Positions 28,543-38,373 of a stretch of DNA of 64,000 nucleotides are shown in pieces. Below the pieces are notes generated by a model that saw only the letters and a list, made by a program, of their open reading frames with translations, had not been told where the DNA came from and searched no databases. The stretch is from Candidatus Auribacterota bacterium (GTDB lineage: Bacteria > Auribacterota > Tritonobacteria > UBA1439). The position numbers were made by a program, and so were the translations under genes. Where the stretch lies: NCBI GenBank assembly GCA_026392035.1, contig JAPLCX010000083.1, forward strand, positions 4,597-68,596, written 5' to 3'. Each line of letters begins with the position of its first letter. The stretch's first letter is position 1.

Positions 28543-29568
28543 ATGGCAATCAACCTTCACCTGTGCATGAAAACGCATTGGAAATCCCATCGGGACAAGC
28601 TCCTTGGAACAAAAATCAGCAGGCTTGGACTTAGCCTCGGCGCCCCGCCGCTCTCACGCTGCGTTGCCGCCCTCTACCGCGAGCTCGCGGATGCGGGCAT
28701 TCGGTTTCGACCGCCCTGCTATCTCTCAGACGCGTGGGGGTGTCCGGACCTGACCCCCGTCATCAGCATTCCCTTCTACCTCGCACGCCCCGACCTGTCC
28801 CGCCTCCACAGGGAAATGGGCTATGACGTTGAGGATGCGCCGGCCATCATGAGGCTCCTGAGGCATGAGGCCGGCCACGCGCTCTGCTACGCGTACCAAC
28901 TCCACCGGCGGCCGGACTGGCAGGAGCTATTCGGCCCCTTCCACAAGGCGTACCACGATCACTACGTCCCAAACCCTTTCAGCGGGCGGCACGTGACACA
29001 CGCCAAACACTACTACGCACAGAAGCACCCCGACGAAGATTTCGCCGAAGCGTTTGCCGTGTGGGCCGCCCCCCGCAGCGGCTGGAGAAGAATGTATGCG
29101 GGCACATCGGCGATCCGCAAACTCTTTTACATCCATGATATTGTCCGGGAGATCGGCGCATCCCCCCCCACGATGCGCAGCCGGAAGAAGGATGTTCCCG
29201 TGAAGGAGATGCGCTTCACCCTTCTGGAATATTACGGCCTCACCCCTGAAGCGCACCGGCGAGAAATGGCCGCCTACAGAGATGAAATTTTAAGAAAGGT
29301 ATTCTCTGCCGAGGCTGCGCCACGGTCCATGAGCGCGCGCGAGTTCATGCGCCTGCACAGCCCCATGCTCGTTGAGAGGATCTCGTTCTGGTCCGGTCTC
29401 GACCGGTCGGACGTAAAAAGACTGCTCCATGGCTTCATGCGAAGAGCCGCGCGCCTCACGCTCCGGGTGCCGCAGGGGCGCTCCCATTCAACACTGATAG
29501 ATCTCGCGTCGCTCCTTACGTTCTTTGTCCATACGTACATTCACACGAAAAAAATTGCAATATATTAG
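28543..29568 (+). CDS. HExxH zinc-metallopeptidase-like protein (putative zinc-binding metallopeptidase family)
   Basis: LLRHEAGHALCYAY HExxH motif; family assignment from memory. Confidence 0.55.
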   Translation: MAINLHLCMKTHWKSHRDKLLGTKISRLGLSLGAPPLSRCVAALYRELADAGIRFRPPCYLSDAWGCPDLTPVISIPFYLARPDLSRLHREMGYDVEDAPAIMRLLRHEAGHALCYAYQLHRRPDWQELFGPFHKAYHDHYVPNPFSGRHVTHAKHYYAQKHPDEDFAEAFAVWAAPRSGWRRMYAGTSAIRKLFYIHDIVREIGASPPTMRSRKKDVPVKEMRFTLLEYYGLTPEAHRREMAAYRDEILRKVFSAEAAPRSMSAREFMRLHSPMLVERISFWSGLDRSDVKRLLHGFMRRAARLTLRVPQGRSHSTLIDLASLLTFFVHTYIHTKKIAIY

Positions 29569-29771
29569 TGTAGCGACTCGTACGTGTCTTCATATCTGAC
29601 TATGTCACTCCTGCGAACGCAGGAGTCCAGCTTCTATTCCGGATCCCTGCCTATGCCGGAGCGGCTTCGCGCAGGCAGGCCCGCTTCCGCGGAAATGACA
29701 GACGCTTAAATTAAGGTTGTCGTATATAATTTTACTTTCAACGTTACGCCTTACACGTTGGGCTGTAGTTT

Positions 29772-31178
29772 ATGTATGACCAACTGCCCATAGACAATAA
29801 ACTGCTGGGGGATTTTCTCGCGCTTCCCCCGCAGGAGCACCTCGATCTGCGGGAGAAAATACTCCGGCGCTCGCTCACGCGCGGGCTCACCTACCAGAGG
29901 AAGGCCGGCCTCACCCAGGCAATGAACCTCATCCCCCTTCCCGCCACGCTCCCCGTCACGCACGCGCGCTACCTCGCATGGCTCTGCCGTGAGATTATCG
30001 CTCTCGTGAAGGGGATCGTACCACGCTATCTCGACACTCCCACGTTACGGGAAGCCCTGCCACTGCTTCCGCGAGAGGGGAAATGGCTCAGGGAATGCTG
30101 GCATCCGACACACGGGACCCGCCAGCCGATCATCTACCGTCTCGATGCGGATATGCCACTCGCATCACCGCGCGCCGGGCAGTCGGCGCGTTTCTTCGAG
30201 AACAATTCCGTCGCGGTGGGGGGCATGCTCTACGCGCCGGTGGCTGAGTCGATCATCGCCGACGTGACGCTCCGCGCCCTCTACGGGGCGAGAGGCATCT
30301 CCAGTCTCCAGCCCAACGAGGACACGCGGCTCATCATTCTCAGAGAGCTCGCCTCTCACGCCCGAGCCCTCGGCCGCCGAGGGCTCACGGTCGCCATGAT
30401 CGAAAACAAGAGCTGGGATGTGGGGACCACTGAACTGCCGTCACTCGTCAAATTCTTCAGGCGCCACAGGGTCAGGGCATACCTCGCGGATCCCCGGGAG
30501 CTTTCGCTGCGGCGCGGCGAGGTCTGCTATCGGGGCCGCGTCATTGACATCGCCTACAGAAACGTTGAGCTCCGCGATCTGCTCGAACTGGAGGACCAAG
30601 GGGCGCGGCTCCCCGCGCTCAGGGAGCTCTTCAAACGAAATCAGATGGTCTCGAGCCTCAGCGGGGAGTTCGACCACAAGAGCCTCCTCGAGGTGTTCAC
30701 CGATGACCGGTTCCACAAACTCTTCACCAGCCGGCAGCGGGCCCTCCTCGCGCGACACATCCCCTGGACGCGGCTCATCTATGAGAGAACCACCACCGAT
30801 CGAAAGGGGCGGAAGATAGATCTCTCTCGCACCATCACCAAAAACAGGGAGCAGCTCGTGATAAAACCCAACAGGCACTGCGGTGGTGAGGGAGTTGCGA
30901 TAGGCCTGGAAATGGCACAGGGGCAATGGGAGCGCCTCGTTCAACAAACGCTCAAGGAATCACGAGAGTGGGTCGTACAGGAGTGGATCGACAATAAGGT
31001 CAAGCGCCTGCCGTGGTTCGCGGGGAGGAATGGCTTTCAGGCGGTCCCCATGTATACGACGTATGGTTTCATCTCAACGCCCCACGGGTTCGGGATGGTG
31101 GGGCGCGCGTGCCGGGAGAGGGTGGTCAATATCGCGAGCGGCGGCGCCCTCCTGTCAGTGTTTAAGTCGCAGGGCTAG
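29772..31178 (+). CDS. glutathionylspermidine-synthase-like ATP-grasp amidoligase
   Basis: 468 aa, same strand and directly downstream of the metallopeptidase-like gene; pre-ATP-grasp plus ATP-grasp-like organisation recognised from memory. Confidence 0.55.
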   Translation: MYDQLPIDNKLLGDFLALPPQEHLDLREKILRRSLTRGLTYQRKAGLTQAMNLIPLPATLPVTHARYLAWLCREIIALVKGIVPRYLDTPTLREALPLLPREGKWLRECWHPTHGTRQPIIYRLDADMPLASPRAGQSARFFENNSVAVGGMLYAPVAESIIADVTLRALYGARGISSLQPNEDTRLIILRELASHARALGRRGLTVAMIENKSWDVGTTELPSLVKFFRRHRVRAYLADPRELSLRRGEVCYRGRVIDIAYRNVELRDLLELEDQGARLPALRELFKRNQMVSSLSGEFDHKSLLEVFTDDRFHKLFTSRQRALLARHIPWTRLIYERTTTDRKGRKIDLSRTITKNREQLVIKPNRHCGGEGVAIGLEMAQGQWERLVQQTLKESREWVVQEWIDNKVKRLPWFAGRNGFQAVPMYTTYGFISTPHGFGMVGRACRERVVNIASGGALLSVFKSQG

Positions 31179-32088
31179 CCGCGGGGCTCAATGTGCCAAA
31201 AAGGGCGGAGACTTTGGCTTCAATCTCCGCGAGCTTGTTCGATGCCCCCGCCGGCTCCCCGCACATCAACGCGCGTGCTTCTTTGATCCCCGCCGCGATC
31301 TTTGTCAGGGCGTCTGCCTCAGCCTCATCGACCAGGTAGCTCCCCTTTCTGATTTTTCTCGCGCCGCGCCACAGTGCCCACCCTGCCCTGCAGCGCTTGC
31401 CGTCTCGCAGCATGAGGCGCGCGTGAGCGAGGATTATCTTCGCCTGTGCGAGCCTCGCCCCCAGATAGGCTCTGCGGAGTGAATATTTTGCTTCAACGAT
31501 GGCCTTCACGGCGTCCATTTCATATCCCTTTGAGTGCTTCTCTCGCGCGACCTTCAATTGGGCGCCGGCACTATCGAGGCATCGCTGCAGCGGGTCGATC
31601 CGCACGAGGTCGGCGAGCGACTGTACGCCGGCGAGCGCCGTCTGAGCATCTCCCTTCTCCACAAGGGCGGAGAGCTCGCCCATCTTCGCCTCCTCGCCAC
31701 CGACATCCCAGACGCTCGCGAGCTTGTGGAGTTCATCCGTCGCGCGTTTCACGCTCCAGGCTGCCTTCTTATTATTTTTTTTCTCAAGGTCCGCGCGAAC
31801 CTGTGAAAGCCTTTCATGAAACTCGGCATTGGGCAAGCCGCCGCGCGCATCGGCCAGCATGCTCTGGGCAGATGAGAGCAGCCAGCGGCCAATGGTCTGG
31901 TGGTTGGTGTCAATGGCCTGCTCGGCCTCGGTCAGGACAGAGATGGTGTCTCTGATCCTGCGCGAGGCGGTGTCACCGGCGTAGCTCATGAAATATTGAG
32001 CACTCGCCGTGCCCGGCAGGACGAGCACGCTCAACGCCGCCATGGATGCAGCGGCACATGACCATCGCCTTACCGCGACTATGAACAT
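31162..32088 (-). CDS. hypothetical secreted alpha-helical protein
   Basis: Signal peptide (MFIVAVRRWSCAAASMAALSVLVLPGTASA) then an Ala/Lys/Glu-rich helical domain; ORF reaches 32109. Confidence 0.45.
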   Translation of the reverse strand: MFIVAVRRWSCAAASMAALSVLVLPGTASAQYFMSYAGDTASRRIRDTISVLTEAEQAIDTNHQTIGRWLLSSAQSMLADARGGLPNAEFHERLSQVRADLEKKNNKKAAWSVKRATDELHKLASVWDVGGEEAKMGELSALVEKGDAQTALAGVQSLADLVRIDPLQRCLDSAGAQLKVAREKHSKGYEMDAVKAIVEAKYSLRRAYLGARLAQAKIILAHARLMLRDGKRCRAGWALWRGARKIRKGSYLVDEAEADALTKIAAGIKEARALMCGEPAGASNKLAEIEAKVSALFGTLSPAASPAT

Positions 32089-32181
32089 ACCCACCTCCTT
32101 GTCATGCAATCACGCCGCTCGCACAATTAAATTACCCGCATACATGCTTCATGCCCCCACACGATACGCACGCGCCCCATG

Positions 32182-32685
32182 CTACTGGTCTGCGAACCGA
32201 CCGCTGTAGTGCCCCTTGCCTATGGTCTTTTCAAAGATGAACTGGCAGATTTTCGTCCCCGGATGAACGGCGAGCGGGATCGGGCTCGCATTATACATCT
32301 CCAGCACCTGATGGTTGGATATTCCGGGATGCATGAATGACGCGGTGATGTGCACCAGGAGGCCCAACCTCGAGAACCTGCTCCGGCCCTCGAGCCTTCC
32401 GCAGATGTCATCCGGGAGCGTAATTTTTTCAACCGTTTTCGCGAGCGCGGATTCGCCCGGCATGAGCACGAAAAAGTCGTGGACGCGTATCGTCTCGCTG
32501 ATCATCCGGTAGTCGGTATCATCCTTGATATGGAAGACCTCCCGCACCTTCTTGAAGACGGTGAATTCATTCCCCAGGTGAAGGTCTATCGAGCCGGGGC
32601 CGAGCTGTTCCCGCGTGAACGGTTCGACCTTTATGATCCCTTCCCTCAGCAACTTCTCAAGCTCAGTCTGCGCGATAACGCTCAT
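32182..32685 (-). CDS. dcd: dCTP deaminase (dUTPase superfamily)
   Basis: 167 aa, GSIDLHLG and ...PGESALAKTVEKITLP... motifs. Confidence 0.8.
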   Translation of the reverse strand: MSVIAQTELEKLLREGIIKVEPFTREQLGPGSIDLHLGNEFTVFKKVREVFHIKDDTDYRMISETIRVHDFFVLMPGESALAKTVEKITLPDDICGRLEGRSRFSRLGLLVHITASFMHPGISNHQVLEMYNASPIPLAVHPGTKICQFIFEKTIGKGHYSGRFADQ

Positions 32686-32811
32686 TGATCCTCCTCATCT
32701 ATTTTCGAAGTGAACGTATCCTACCATATGGCGAGGGAACGGTCAATCGCCACCAGAGTCGTTTGAGTTCTCTACGGGCATATTTCCTGCTGACCACCAG
32801 AAGCGTTTGCA

Positions 32812-34440
32812 TCACTTTGCGACTCTGTAGATACTCACTCCTCCCCCATCGTAAATCTTTTCGAGATAACCGGCTGTCTCCAGGCTGAAGGGGCCTTTCA
32901 TGCGTTCGAAATTTCCAAAGTAGATATAACTGATGCCGTTCGCCTTTAAAAATTCTCGCTTCTCTCTCTCGGCCCTGGGACCGTAGAGCACCCAGTCCGC
33001 CAGCCGTGCTTTATCAGTGAACCTCAATGTCTCAGACCAGTGCCCCACATACACCCTGTTTCCGGTGTAGGCAGGCAGATAGAGGCCGCTCTTGTATGAA
33101 GAAATGACTGCAGCATCCTCATTATTGTTCTCCTTCATCCATCTCATTGCCGCGACATCTCCCTCATACAGGTAGAACTCGAGCGGCTTGGTTTTCATAT
33201 CGGTGATGCAGCTCATGACCTTGACGATGTTGGAAGGGGTGGTCATCAGAAAGATGAGCACGAGGATAATCGCCTCCACGTGACGTCTCTTCCCCGTGTC
33301 GAGGGCTGTCACCGGGATAAATATGCCAGAGCACGCGGGCAGGAGGTACCTGAATGTCCCCCGCGCCGCAAGGATGCACAGCGGCACGTGGACGGCCGTT
33401 GAGAGCCTCCGCTGGAAGGAGAGTGGCGCGTAGAGGAGTATTGCCACAGCGATTACCCATACCGCAAGGAGCCAATCGTCGCGATTTCCCCTCCTAAAAA
33501 TCCACGCCAGCTCAGGCATGGCGATGAAGAGCACGATGCCGTAGCCGATGACGTAGCTCAACGGGTGCGGGGACAAAAACTTCTCTTTCGACCACTCGAT
33601 GAATACGGGCTCCGTCCTAAAGAGATAAAGCATGTAGAGGAAGGCGGGCAGCGCGACGAGAGCGATAACCGCAGAGGAAGCAAGGACGCGCGCGGCGTCA
33701 TGCCGGTACTTGAAATACACCGTGATGCAATACGTCACCATAACTACCGTGATGGTCACCATGTCGACCGTGTGCACGAAGCTGAGGGCAACGAGCGAGA
33801 GCCCCCCATAGATACTGTTGACCAGTAGCCTCCCCCTGAGCGCCCTGAGCAAGAAGCCGAACCCGAGCAGCATCAGGGCCGCGGTGAGCGCGAATTGGGG
33901 GAATGAGAAAATCGTTTCAAACGTGATCGTCTCCGCGATCCAGTAGTCTATCGGGACGATGTTGAGCCTCGAGAAAAGCATCTCCCACTGGTGATCGGGG
34001 ATCACCCAGCAGAGCCCCGACGAGAACGCGCACAGGGCGAAGGCAAAGGTGCGCTCCCGTTGATCTTCGATAAAAAAGCCGATAAACCAATAGATCACAT
34101 AAAAGAGCAGCAGGGTGTAAAAAACCAGCGCGCCGTAGTAGACCGCGAGGGGGCTCAAACGCGAATAACGCGCCACGATTCCAAGCGTCCACGTGAACGG
34201 ATTGAAAAAAAGCGGCCGCTGTTCCTCCAGCGTAAAATCGCGCCTGATGAAAAATTTTCCCTCGGACGCCTGCTGGATGCGGGAGAGGTAGCTGTTCTGA
34301 TCATAGGGATGGTCGGGGAATCCCATGTACACCATCCCCGGAAGAGTATTGAAGTATCCCCAGGTATACGGGATGAACACAATCGCCACGACCGCGATTG
34401 CAATCGCCCTGACCACACATGCGTGTTTATCTGCGCTCAT
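32812..34440 (-). CDS. polytopic membrane protein, putative GT-C glycosyltransferase
   Basis: 542 aa, about 12 TM helices plus a C-terminal soluble domain; first gene of the GT-C block; upstream ATC(C/T)GTG array. Confidence 0.5.
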   Translation of the reverse strand: MSADKHACVVRAIAIAVVAIVFIPYTWGYFNTLPGMVYMGFPDHPYDQNSYLSRIQQASEGKFFIRRDFTLEEQRPLFFNPFTWTLGIVARYSRLSPLAVYYGALVFYTLLLFYVIYWFIGFFIEDQRERTFAFALCAFSSGLCWVIPDHQWEMLFSRLNIVPIDYWIAETITFETIFSFPQFALTAALMLLGFGFLLRALRGRLLVNSIYGGLSLVALSFVHTVDMVTITVVMVTYCITVYFKYRHDAARVLASSAVIALVALPAFLYMLYLFRTEPVFIEWSKEKFLSPHPLSYVIGYGIVLFIAMPELAWIFRRGNRDDWLLAVWVIAVAILLYAPLSFQRRLSTAVHVPLCILAARGTFRYLLPACSGIFIPVTALDTGKRRHVEAIILVLIFLMTTPSNIVKVMSCITDMKTKPLEFYLYEGDVAAMRWMKENNNEDAAVISSYKSGLYLPAYTGNRVYVGHWSETLRFTDKARLADWVLYGPRAEREKREFLKANGISYIYFGNFERMKGPFSLETAGYLEKIYDGGGVSIYRVAK

Positions 34441-34531
34441 CTGCGGCTATTGTGGACCAATGAAGAAATTTTACTCAGTATCTTCTGCGACTATTTCCAA
34501 GACAATCCGTGTCTATCTGTGTTCATCTGTG
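34428..34531. promoter_or_regulatory. ATC(C/T)GTG half-site array (three sites phased at 10 bp) upstream of and over the start of the first GT-C gene
   Basis: ATCCGTG 34505, ATCTGTG 34515, ATCTGTG 34525; ATCTGCG at 34428 and 34439. Confidence 0.45.
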
Positions 34532-34542
34532 GCTAATACTAA

Positions 34543-35682
34543 TCATCGAATGTAATCATTTTTTCTCAGATAGTCAATCATCGCATCAGCAACAACCCTG
34601 TGGCCATAGCTATTCCAGTGCCCTACTTTCCTATGCACCACCGGGCGAATCCTGCCATGGAGACAGGGTCCGAGATCCACATACCCTATCCTTGCTCCCT
34701 GGCAGAAGCGCTTGAGAAGCGGTGAATAGACTGAGTGTATGTCAGCGATTATGAAGCGGGCGCTATTTTCACGGCAGAGATCGTCAATCCGTTTGAGGAG
34801 CTTTTCTGTCAATGCTAACTCACGCGCCAGTTTCTCCGGGTCGCCTTCTCCCGCAACAGGTTCCGATCCAGCCCATACAGGGTGCGCGAGTCGGAATGTG
34901 AGCCAGTTATACAGGTGGGAGTGGGTAAGAAGTTCTCTCTTCAGATAATCCACCGACCAGTGCGATTCGGACTCTCTACCGGGGATGCCATAGCTCTGGG
35001 CGAGCAGTCTCTTTTTTGCCCAGTATGCCGGCTCGAAGGGAACAGGCGTATTCTTCAACACCAGCCGGTCCCCCTCCCCGACAAAGAACGGCTTCGGCTG
35101 CATCCCGTCTATCACCTTTGCGTTATTCCCCTCAACCACGTCGTTCCGGTCGAAGAGGAGGATCACGATGTCCGGGCGATACTTAAGGCCTTCGGTTTCC
35201 AGGACGAGAAGCTCCTGATCCGTGGAGTAACCGGCTTGGGCGAGGTTGATCACCTCCCATCCGGGGAGCCGCCGCTCCAGGATATCTGAAAATCTCTCCA
35301 ACGCCTCAACCCCCCAGCCCCACGCCGTCGAATCGCCGAGGACGACAATCCTCTTTTTGCCCCACTTTTCGTACGATCGCTCCCGCTCCCTGAATCCTCG
35401 CGAGTTATTCACGATTCTGTGCTTAAAATCGGGGAGGATGAACCACGTCTCAAGGTTCGGCACACCGGCATAGCCGAGGAGTGGATCGTATTGGTCGGGG
35501 AACGAATGAATTGTATCAGAGGTATAATCCGGGAATGGCGCGAAGAGGCGCAGGACTATCTCTGCTGCCGCCAGCGCAATCACAACGGCACCGAGCAGGG
35601 CGCACAGCCTCTTCGCCAGAGCAATCTTACCGCCAGTATCCATAATCCCGCCCGTGTCCACCTCGCAGGTGGATTTGAACAC
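34543..35682 (-). CDS. SGNH/GDSL-hydrolase family protein with N-terminal membrane anchor
   Basis: IVVLGDSTAWGWG block-I serine motif; start may be Met-14. Confidence 0.65.
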   Translation of the reverse strand: MFKSTCEVDTGGIMDTGGKIALAKRLCALLGAVVIALAAAEIVLRLFAPFPDYTSDTIHSFPDQYDPLLGYAGVPNLETWFILPDFKHRIVNNSRGFRERERSYEKWGKKRIVVLGDSTAWGWGVEALERFSDILERRLPGWEVINLAQAGYSTDQELLVLETEGLKYRPDIVILLFDRNDVVEGNNAKVIDGMQPKPFFVGEGDRLVLKNTPVPFEPAYWAKKRLLAQSYGIPGRESESHWSVDYLKRELLTHSHLYNWLTFRLAHPVWAGSEPVAGEGDPEKLARELALTEKLLKRIDDLCRENSARFIIADIHSVYSPLLKRFCQGARIGYVDLGPCLHGRIRPVVHRKVGHWNSYGHRVVADAMIDYLRKNDYIR

Positions 35683-35692
35683 GTTTGTTCAC

Positions 35693-37288
35693 CTACGATG
35701 TGGATTTCGGTCTGAGCTCGTAAAGTCTAAGACTCCCGTTATAATACGAAGTCACCGGCACAAAGTTAAAATCCTTTTCCAATGCCGCGCGGTACCGCGC
35801 CCACCAGTTGAACGTGAAACCGTCCATGTAGACCCTCTTCCCGCTGGCCAGGAGGCTCCTGATATACCCCGGGTTCTCCATGGCGACCTTGAGCGGAAGA
35901 TCCCTCTGCCTGATATACTCCACCTCCCTCGATATAGGCATATACGTACGGTGGGTGCCCCCTATGAAATAATGAGTCACATACACCCCATCAATACCTG
36001 ATATTAGAAAGGCATCATCCGGGGCGATTTGATTCAGCACCTTGAATCCCTCATACCACCACGTCGGGGCATGATGTGTGAGATCTCCGCCCATGAACGG
36101 CTTCGCGCAGCCCCACGCAGTGACCGCGAGGAGGATCGCCACGGGTACGCGCAGGAGAAGCCGGCGACTGACGCTCCCACCTCTGAATACGCCAAGGAGC
36201 ATCACCGTGCCGTTTGCCGCGAGCATGCACACAAACGGCACGACCGGCAGGAAAAACTTGGCCATCTGGAAGGCATAGAAGAGGAGCATGAAAAGGGTGC
36301 CGAAAATGAGTGAAAGTATCATCACTGCAAAACTGAATCTCACCCCTCCCCTATTTTGTCTCACACAGCCAGCGACTCCGAATATCGCGAGCAGAAGCAC
36401 GGCCGGGAAATATGGGGCGAACAGCGTCGGCCAGCTCAGGCCGAAGAAATGCCAGAGATAATAGACGATGTTTCCCCGTTGGTCTCCCCGTTCTGAAACG
36501 GCAGTGTTTCTGATTGCATAGTGCAGGGAGAAATAATCTTTACCTCCCTCCCATCGCTCCCAGTAGTAATAGCCAGTCTTGAATATATCGCCAAACGCCA
36601 TACCGTTATACATAAGGACAGGTGAAATGCCAACAACAAATCCAGCGACAAGATACGCGAGAGAAATGGCTTGGCAACGGATATTCCTGCGGGAACCGAT
36701 AAGGCACGTGGCGCATAGAGGCAGGAGAGTGATGATCCTCATTATATGTACCGCTGTTGAAAAACCACATAGCGCACCCGCAGCGAACCAGAGCCGCGAC
36801 GTTTTCCTCTCACCGACTGCGGCCATCCACGCGAGCCAGAGGCCTGCGATCATAAAGGTGTTGGAGACCATATCACTGATGAGTACCTGGCTGTAACCCA
36901 CATACGAAGGAGCTACCGAGAGAAAGAGGGCTGCAAGAAGAGCCGTCGGGCAGCCGAATACGGATCGCGCAAACAGGTACGCGAGCACTATGGAAGCGAG
37001 GCTAAATGCGAGAACCAGGTAAATCGCCGTGTGGAGTGCTGCCCCTGTCAGCAAGTAATAGAGCGCCAGTATGAGCGGAAAACCGCAGGGGTACATCAGC
37101 GGGAGCCTCAGATCATTTATATATATCCATAACCCCCTACCGTGTGCGAGATTATATCCCGCCACCGCGTACTGGGCGGAATCAGGAACGATCGCGAGAT
37201 CGGCGAGGTAGTACGGCTCAGTATAGCGGAGCGCAAACGCCAGGACCAACACCGCAGCGAGTGACAGCACTTCAAGTGGTTTTTTCAT
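35693..37288 (-). CDS. GT39 (ArnT/PMT-like) polytopic membrane glycosyltransferase
   Basis: About 530 aa, about 12 TM helices, ArnT/PMT_2-like N-terminal region; ATG at 37288 (ORF track extends to TTG at 37300). Confidence 0.7.
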   Translation of the reverse strand: MKKPLEVLSLAAVLVLAFALRYTEPYYLADLAIVPDSAQYAVAGYNLAHGRGLWIYINDLRLPLMYPCGFPLILALYYLLTGAALHTAIYLVLAFSLASIVLAYLFARSVFGCPTALLAALFLSVAPSYVGYSQVLISDMVSNTFMIAGLWLAWMAAVGERKTSRLWFAAGALCGFSTAVHIMRIITLLPLCATCLIGSRRNIRCQAISLAYLVAGFVVGISPVLMYNGMAFGDIFKTGYYYWERWEGGKDYFSLHYAIRNTAVSERGDQRGNIVYYLWHFFGLSWPTLFAPYFPAVLLLAIFGVAGCVRQNRGGVRFSFAVMILSLIFGTLFMLLFYAFQMAKFFLPVVPFVCMLAANGTVMLLGVFRGGSVSRRLLLRVPVAILLAVTAWGCAKPFMGGDLTHHAPTWWYEGFKVLNQIAPDDAFLISGIDGVYVTHYFIGGTHRTYMPISREVEYIRQRDLPLKVAMENPGYIRSLLASGKRVYMDGFTFNWWARYRAALEKDFNFVPVTSYYNGSLRLYELRPKSTS

Positions 37289-37293
37289 TTCTG

Positions 37294-38372
37294 GGGTCAA
37301 ACCCGAAGTTCTAAGTTATTGACTCCATTATTTTTCCTACGCGCTCTTCTAGCTGCTTGTTCTGCTTCAGCTCTATCTGAACCTTCTTATGAACCTGGTT
37401 GATTCGCTCACCGCTAACCCCACCCAATTCTTGGCCCATTTCTTTAAGACTCATAATCTTGAAATTAGTTCGATACGTTATATCGAGTAACACTTGCCGG
37501 GCTTCCTTATGTCTCGATCTACTCTTGCTAATTTCTTCCGCTTTGACTCCATATTCTTTTGCTACCGCTTCAGCCAATTCCTTAATTGGAATCGCCTTCT
37601 TAATCTCTTTTAAATGCGAGTAATCATAAACCAGCAATTCTCTTTGTTTCAAGATATTCGTAGAAACCCAGGTCACAAAATTATCAGTTCCCAACAAAGC
37701 ATTTGCTCTTGCTTTTTCCAATGGATTGTTTAGATCCAATGCTATCCCCTTCAAAACAAAATCCCTATACGCCGCCCTGCACAGCTTATCATCCCCTCCC
37801 ATATAGGCCAATACCATGTCATAACGCATAAAATCATCCCGTTCTCTTGACCTAATATAACCAAGAAAACTGCTCCAATAATACCCCCCCAATATACCAA
37901 TCTTTTTTTCAAGCGGAAGATTGCGATACTTCTCTAACCGCACAGGATTTAAATGAATGTAGCGGCTCAGTTCCAACAAGTATTCATCTGCTTCGATTAG
38001 AATAGCCTTATATCGACCTTGATAGAGATGCCCCGCGCGGTGATGGCGCAGATTGTAATACGTGATATAGGTAGTGTTAAAGCGCTGCATAAATCTACTT
38101 AGATTTGCATCTAATGTCCTCAACAAAAAATGGAAATGGTTACCCATTAATACATAACCGTGCACTTCTATATTGAATAATGCTGCGCTTTCCCTTAGAA
38201 TCTGAAGAAATTTGTTCCGATCTTTATCATCCCTAAAGATATTTGCCCTCTGGTTTCCTCGAGAGGTTACATGATACCATGCATTGTGATATTCTATTCT
38301 CAATGGTCTGGCCATGTTTAAAGAATATCATCAATGAGCACTATTGTCAATTTAGAACTTCGGGTTTGACCC
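37294..38372. mobile_element. compact transposase cassette bounded by perfect 21-bp inverted repeats (gggtcaaacccgaagttctaa / ttagaacttcgggtttgaccc)
   Basis: Repeats at 37294-37314 and 38352-38372 exactly enclose the AT-rich transposase gene, between two divergent GT39 genes. Confidence 0.6.
37311..38315 (-). CDS. IS200/IS605-like Y1 (HUH) transposase with C-terminal DnaA-type HTH (RAYT-like)
   Basis: HUH motif EVHGYVLMGNHFHFLL and catalytic-Tyr region, plus a C-terminal Bac_DnaA_C-like helix-turn-helix; markedly AT-rich. Confidence 0.75.
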   Translation of the reverse strand: MARPLRIEYHNAWYHVTSRGNQRANIFRDDKDRNKFLQILRESAALFNIEVHGYVLMGNHFHFLLRTLDANLSRFMQRFNTTYITYYNLRHHRAGHLYQGRYKAILIEADEYLLELSRYIHLNPVRLEKYRNLPLEKKIGILGGYYWSSFLGYIRSRERDDFMRYDMVLAYMGGDDKLCRAAYRDFVLKGIALDLNNPLEKARANALLGTDNFVTWVSTNILKQRELLVYDYSHLKEIKKAIPIKELAEAVAKEYGVKAEEISKSRSRHKEARQVLLDITYRTNFKIMSLKEMGQELGGVSGERINQVHKKVQIELKQNKQLEERVGKIMESIT

Positions 38373-38373
38373 T

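Noticed and set aside
29602-29709. 35-codon ORF in the metallopeptidase–ATP-grasp spacer
   Set aside because: No RBS and no conservation evidence available; mentioned only as a speculative substrate peptide in the related finding.
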